64,000 nt of DNA from Fibrobacteria bacterium (GTDB taxonomy: Bacteria > Fibrobacterota > Chitinivibrionia > Chitinivibrionales > FEN-1185), in the NCBI GenBank assembly GCA_037447435.1, contig JBBIGR010000005.1, positions 102,995 through 166,994 of the forward strand. The letters are read 5' to 3'. Within the stretch, counting starts at the first letter, position 1. Each line of letters starts with the position of its first letter. The translations under genes were made by a program, and so were the position numbers. Under the pieces are notes generated by a model, which did not search any database, had not been told where the DNA came from, and worked only from the letters and a program-made list of their open reading frames with translations. Positions 59,915 through 64,000 of the stretch are shown here, piece after piece.

Positions 59915-60934
59915 ATGAAATTCAAAGTAGGTTTAACCGCTTTATTTTCGGCGATTCAAATCTGGGCAGCAGGTACTGTAGAGGGTAATGTCGACCCTGC
60001 CAAATTATTAACTTGGGTGCAACAACAAAAAGCGATTTCATCAAATCTGATTGTTAAAGCCAATGGAAAAGACATGAATAATGGCGGAACAGGTTTTTGC
60101 AAACAATGTAGCGATGATAATTCCAATCCTATTGCTGCACCAAGGACTATTAGCCTTTATCAGACTTCTAAAACAGTATTTTTTGAAGCAGACATGGATA
60201 TTGATTGTGATGGTAGCGATAATGGCGTCTGTGGCGGTACGGACCCATCTCATGATAGCAATTTAAGTTGCGACGAAGTTGGTAATGGTCAATGTAGTGT
60301 TAATGCCGGTGGCCCGGTCGATGCTTCAACTTCACCCTTTTATGTATTACCGGTCGGATCTCCATTCAACTTTTCAAGCAAAAATATTGCAATCGGCCAA
60401 ATAGCGGCAATTATCAATAGAAACACGAGCCCTATAAGTTTAGTATATGCTCCTTTTCTCGACGAAGATGGCGTATCTCAGGAAATTGGAGAAGGATCAG
60501 CCGCTTTGGCAAGTTTACTTGGTATAAGAAATAGTCCCAGTACAGGCGGGCAGGACACCGGCCTTGTTTATATCGTCTTTACCGGCTCAACAGGAAATTT
60601 ATCCTCTATCGCCGATATGGCAAATCATCAAAAAGCTATTACAACAGGCCAAACATTGGCTGCCGCATTAGTCGCCTCTATCGGCGTCGAAACCCCGTTT
60701 TCCGAACGGCTTAAAACAACCCGTAATTACTTTAGAATCAATAACCGTTCAATCGAGCTATTATCTAATGACAATCATCAAGTTTCCGTTTTCGATTTGT
60801 CCGGGAAAAGTATTTTGACATTTAAAGGCTCGGGCGAGAAATCATATTCTTTTGCGGAATTAAAAAGCGGTTCATATATAATCAAAACTGCAGTCAATAA
60901 TAATATCTATACCAGTAAATTACTTATTTATTAA
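59915..60934 (+). CDS. Secreted GH75 chitosanase with T9SS-like tail
   Basis: 'ADMDIDCDG', 'PFYVLP', 'DEDG...IGEGSAALA', 'VYIVF'; tail 'VFDLSGK...SGSYIIK'; GGAGG RBS. Confidence 0.85.
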   Translation: MKFKVGLTALFSAIQIWAAGTVEGNVDPAKLLTWVQQQKAISSNLIVKANGKDMNNGGTGFCKQCSDDNSNPIAAPRTISLYQTSKTVFFEADMDIDCDGSDNGVCGGTDPSHDSNLSCDEVGNGQCSVNAGGPVDASTSPFYVLPVGSPFNFSSKNIAIGQIAAIINRNTSPISLVYAPFLDEDGVSQEIGEGSAALASLLGIRNSPSTGGQDTGLVYIVFTGSTGNLSSIADMANHQKAITTGQTLAAALVASIGVETPFSERLKTTRNYFRINNRSIELLSNDNHQVSVFDLSGKSILTFKGSGEKSYSFAELKSGSYIIKTAVNNNIYTSKLLIY

Positions 60935-60947
60935 TAATTATCCCGTA

Positions 60948-60993
60948 AATTAAAGAAGCCTGGATATTTAAAAATATCCAGGCTTCTTTAATT
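60948..60993. terminator. Bidirectional terminator with 22-bp perfect arms
   Basis: AATTAAAGAAGCCTGGATATTT-AA-AAATATCCAGGCTTCTTTAATT between convergent genes. Confidence 0.85.
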
Positions 60994-61038
60994 ATTATCG
61001 TCATTAAATAAATCGCATCGCTATTTCGAGTATTTGTT

Positions 61039-63858
61039 TTAGAATTTTATCCAAATAGGATTTGGGCGAGAAGTAATGGTTCCATCACCTAATTGTCCAT
61101 AATTATTTACTCCGCAAGTCCAAAGAGTACCGTCTTTTTTTACAATAAGCGTTTGAGTATTTCCGCTTGAAACAGTCTGTATGTTTGATAATTCTTGGTT
61201 GGGTATTGAATCATAGACAAACACACTATTGACCAACTGGAATGCTAATTTTTGACCGCAGTCAAAAAGCGTTCCATCATTTTTTAAAAAGAGACTGCTA
61301 TATTGTCCGGCAAAGATATTTTTAACACCGCTGAAAGCAGGACCGCCAATTGATGAAAGCACTTGAACCAAATTGGAATCATTGTTTGTAGTTCCATTTC
61401 CAAGTTGCCCTTCGACATTCATGCCGCATGTTTTAACAATTCCGCCGGTCGTAATAATAATGATGTGATTTCTTCCGGCTGCGATATTTTGTATTCCAGT
61501 TGCAATTTGGACCGGCACACTGTCACCAGTCGTACTGGTATTTCCAAGTTGCCCGAAGCCATTATTACCACATGCAAACAATCTTCCGTCGGAAGTCAGA
61601 AAAAGACTAAAATTTCTTCCGGCGGCAATACCTTTAAATGTGGTACCCGACATAACCGGAACCGGGGTTGTCCTTTGTATTCGTGTTCCATCGCCAAGCT
61701 CACCATCGGCATTTGCGCCGCAAGCCCAGACCGAACCGTCTGTCTTTAAAAAAAGACTATGATTGTTGCCGGCAGCAACAGCCTGCATTCCAAATTGAAC
61801 TTGAACAGGAAAAAGTTGATTTGTTAAAGAGCCATTTCCCAATTGGCCATTCGTATTATATCCGGTTGCCCATACGGAACCGTCATTTTTCAATATCAAA
61901 CTATGAAAATATCCTGCCGAAACGCTTTGCACGCCCTTTTGTAATAAAACAGGTGAGAGTCTACTTGTGGATGATGAATCGCCTAATTGCCCATAATAAT
62001 TATATCCGCATCCCCAAAGGGTTCCATCGGTTTTTAAAATGAAACTGAAATTTTGTCCGGCCGAAACGGATTTTACTGCATTGACTTTTAATATTCCCGC
62101 TGCACTAGTTGTTGTTGACCCAAAGCTATTCGTAACAAGACAAGTAAAAGCCGCGCCGCTATCGGAAGGATAATTGATATTTGAATATTGATAGGTCGCG
62201 TTATTTGCTCCGGTGATTTTATTGCCGTTCATGCTCCATTGATAACTAAGCGGCCCGGAACCGGTTGCCGAAATTGAAAATGTAACGGTATCCGTTGCCC
62301 ATCTGGTCTGGGTAATCGGTTGTGCTACGATTGCCGGTTGAATATTTATCGAAACCTTTGTAAACGACGAATCCTTCCCTGCCGCATTCGAAACAATTAC
62401 CTTATACGTGCCGGTATCAGAAATTGACCATGATTTCGAATATGAATTCGTCGTCGCACCGGAAATTTCGGTATTATTAACAAACCATTTGTACGTAGGA
62501 GTAGGAATTGCATCGGGATTAACGGTAATGGAAAGCAGTGTGGAATTTCCGGAAATTATTGTAGTAGTTGCAGTCAATTTGACGGAAATTACCGGAGCAT
62601 TTTGCATAATGATTTTTGCACCGGAAGAATCTCTGCCTGCGGAATTGGATACTATCACATAATAAAAACCTGAATCCGCCAAAACCGTATTTGATTTTTT
62701 CCATGAATTAACTCTGGTCGAATCCAGAAATATTCCTCCTTTATACCATGAAAATAAAGGAGCGGGAAACGCCGCGGCATTGATTCCAACCGTTAAAACA
62801 AGCGAATCGCCGTTGTTAATGGTTTTGGCATTTAACGGCTGGGTAATTTGGGGTGCTACCGAACTGTTTTCCGTTTTTTTCCTAATTTCTATTCCTATTT
62901 TCAAAGTGTCCTTTAAAGGCGGATTTCCATTGTCGACCGATGTGAATACGACGGTATCGTATTTCACCGTATCTGTCCCAAGATAGCCTGACGGCACGGA
63001 CCAGGTAAATAAAGAATCTTTGAAAGAATAGCCCGAAGGTCCCTTGAGAACTTTAATGGTGTCGGTTTGTCCGATGTCCGGATCGGTTGATTTAACGGTA
63101 AGCGAACATATTTCGGTTGCCAAGATTTTTGTATGCCCTTTTGTCATAGATAACATGGGCTTGGAATTGACAATTGTACCGGCATGTTTGACAAACAAGG
63201 TGCAAAGATTCGAAGTAACGGTATCTCCCCATTTATCGGAGACAAAACAGTAATATGCTCCCGAATCTACAAAAGCAATATGATTCAACAACAAGGTTAT
63301 GTCGGTTTTGCCAGTTAAAACCCCGGCGTTGTGATACCATTGGTAGGTAAAAGGCCCGTCGCCATCAGGAGAAACCGTCATTGTTGTGACCGAATCGATA
63401 TCGAGGGTCACATTGGACGGTTTGATCGAGGCTTTTACTGTTTTTCCCGCGATTCTGATTTCTCCGCCCTGCGAAGAAACTTTTCCTCCCTGGATATCCG
63501 CTTTGACCGTAACAACCCATCTGCCTGCAGTATTAAAAGTTATTCCGTACCAAAGAGTATCGGTATAATTGTTTTTAATGACAAAAGACGAATCGTTATT
63601 GTTTTTATATTTAATGATGGTAACCGTAATCGAATCTATAAGATTGGACACGGACGGACATACTCCCAACCTTACCGTATTGCCGACAGTATCGAATACC
63701 GTTGTACCGGCTGCCAAGACACCCTTGGAATCTCTAAATGCAATTGTGACTTTTGCATTATCGGTAATTGTAAAAGGATTTTGAGGATTTGTACAGAACA
63801 AGGCAAAGCATATTATAGGAATTACGGAGATCATTACCGACAAAATCTTTTTATTCAT
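61039..63858 (-). CDS. Surface lipoprotein with Ig-like domains and seven RCC1 repeats
   Basis: Lipobox 'FALFC|TNP'; four Ig-like 'Y.W...D.G.Y' units; seven 'G.N..GQLG'-type repeats (one degenerate). Confidence 0.88.
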   Translation of the reverse strand: MNKKILSVMISVIPIICFALFCTNPQNPFTITDNAKVTIAFRDSKGVLAAGTTVFDTVGNTVRLGVCPSVSNLIDSITVTIIKYKNNNDSSFVIKNNYTDTLWYGITFNTAGRWVVTVKADIQGGKVSSQGGEIRIAGKTVKASIKPSNVTLDIDSVTTMTVSPDGDGPFTYQWYHNAGVLTGKTDITLLLNHIAFVDSGAYYCFVSDKWGDTVTSNLCTLFVKHAGTIVNSKPMLSMTKGHTKILATEICSLTVKSTDPDIGQTDTIKVLKGPSGYSFKDSLFTWSVPSGYLGTDTVKYDTVVFTSVDNGNPPLKDTLKIGIEIRKKTENSSVAPQITQPLNAKTINNGDSLVLTVGINAAAFPAPLFSWYKGGIFLDSTRVNSWKKSNTVLADSGFYYVIVSNSAGRDSSGAKIIMQNAPVISVKLTATTTIISGNSTLLSITVNPDAIPTPTYKWFVNNTEISGATTNSYSKSWSISDTGTYKVIVSNAAGKDSSFTKVSINIQPAIVAQPITQTRWATDTVTFSISATGSGPLSYQWSMNGNKITGANNATYQYSNINYPSDSGAAFTCLVTNSFGSTTTSAAGILKVNAVKSVSAGQNFSFILKTDGTLWGCGYNYYGQLGDSSSTSRLSPVLLQKGVQSVSAGYFHSLILKNDGSVWATGYNTNGQLGNGSLTNQLFPVQVQFGMQAVAAGNNHSLFLKTDGSVWACGANADGELGDGTRIQRTTPVPVMSGTTFKGIAAGRNFSLFLTSDGRLFACGNNGFGQLGNTSTTGDSVPVQIATGIQNIAAGRNHIIIITTGGIVKTCGMNVEGQLGNGTTNNDSNLVQVLSSIGGPAFSGVKNIFAGQYSSLFLKNDGTLFDCGQKLAFQLVNSVFVYDSIPNQELSNIQTVSSGNTQTLIVKKDGTLWTCGVNNYGQLGDGTITSRPNPIWIKF

Positions 63859-63945
63859 TGTATATCCTTTAATGCGGTACTAATCAAAGGGTACGATAGT
63901 ATACCCTCGCTTCTTAACCCCCCATTCCCCTTTTTCCCTCTCCCA

Positions 63946-64000
63946 TGGTCTAGTCCGGAAATATGTTTACAGTTTCCGGAGGCAAAATGGGAGAACGTAA
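63946..64000 (+). mobile_element. Possible left end of an IS3-like element (truncated by window edge)
   Basis: TG-initiated 'TGGTCTAGTCCGGAAATATGTTTACA', then GGAGG and ATG GGA GAA CGT AA (M-G-E-R-). Confidence 0.3.

Noticed and set aside
1..64000. CRISPR arrays, rRNA, prophage, defence systems
   Set aside because: No regularly spaced nucleotide repeats, rRNA-like tracts, or phage, cas or restriction genes recognised. The repeats seen are protein-level (TPR, Kelch, RCC1).

Overview
Chromosomal core region of a moderately AT-rich bacterium. It is most likely a flagellated, chitin/polysaccharide-degrading member of Fibrobacterota (Chitinivibrionia/Chitinispirillia-like). This is an inference from a TIGR02147-family gene, Cys lipoproteins, T9SS-like C-terminal domains and flagellar genes. 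Housekeeping genes: hisS, dnaA (with a DnaA-box cluster but no adjacent dnaN/rpmH), nadB, rpsU, ftsY, mtaB, mutL, tyrS, rppH, a two-domain PPK2 and tRNA-Leu(CAG). Motility genes: fliD-fliS-fliT-like, flgM, pilT-pilC, with three sigma28-type promoters. Signalling genes: two HDOD, a tandem STAS, two cNMP-binding proteins and an ECF sigma/anti-sigma pair. There are two accessory blocks of secreted proteins. Block 18-27 kb holds a VIT-vWA protein, TIGR02147, a frameshifted Ig/Kelch lipoprotein and orphan secreted proteins; two promoters there share a GTTTTC-N5-GAAAAC palindrome at about -61. Block 57-64 kb holds a CE4 deacetylase (probable CTG start), an MFS transporter, a GH75 chitosanase and an Ig/RCC1 lipoprotein, with a possible IS end at the window edge. 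No CRISPR array, rRNA or intact mobile element was seen. All family calls come from motif recognition by eye, not from database searches.
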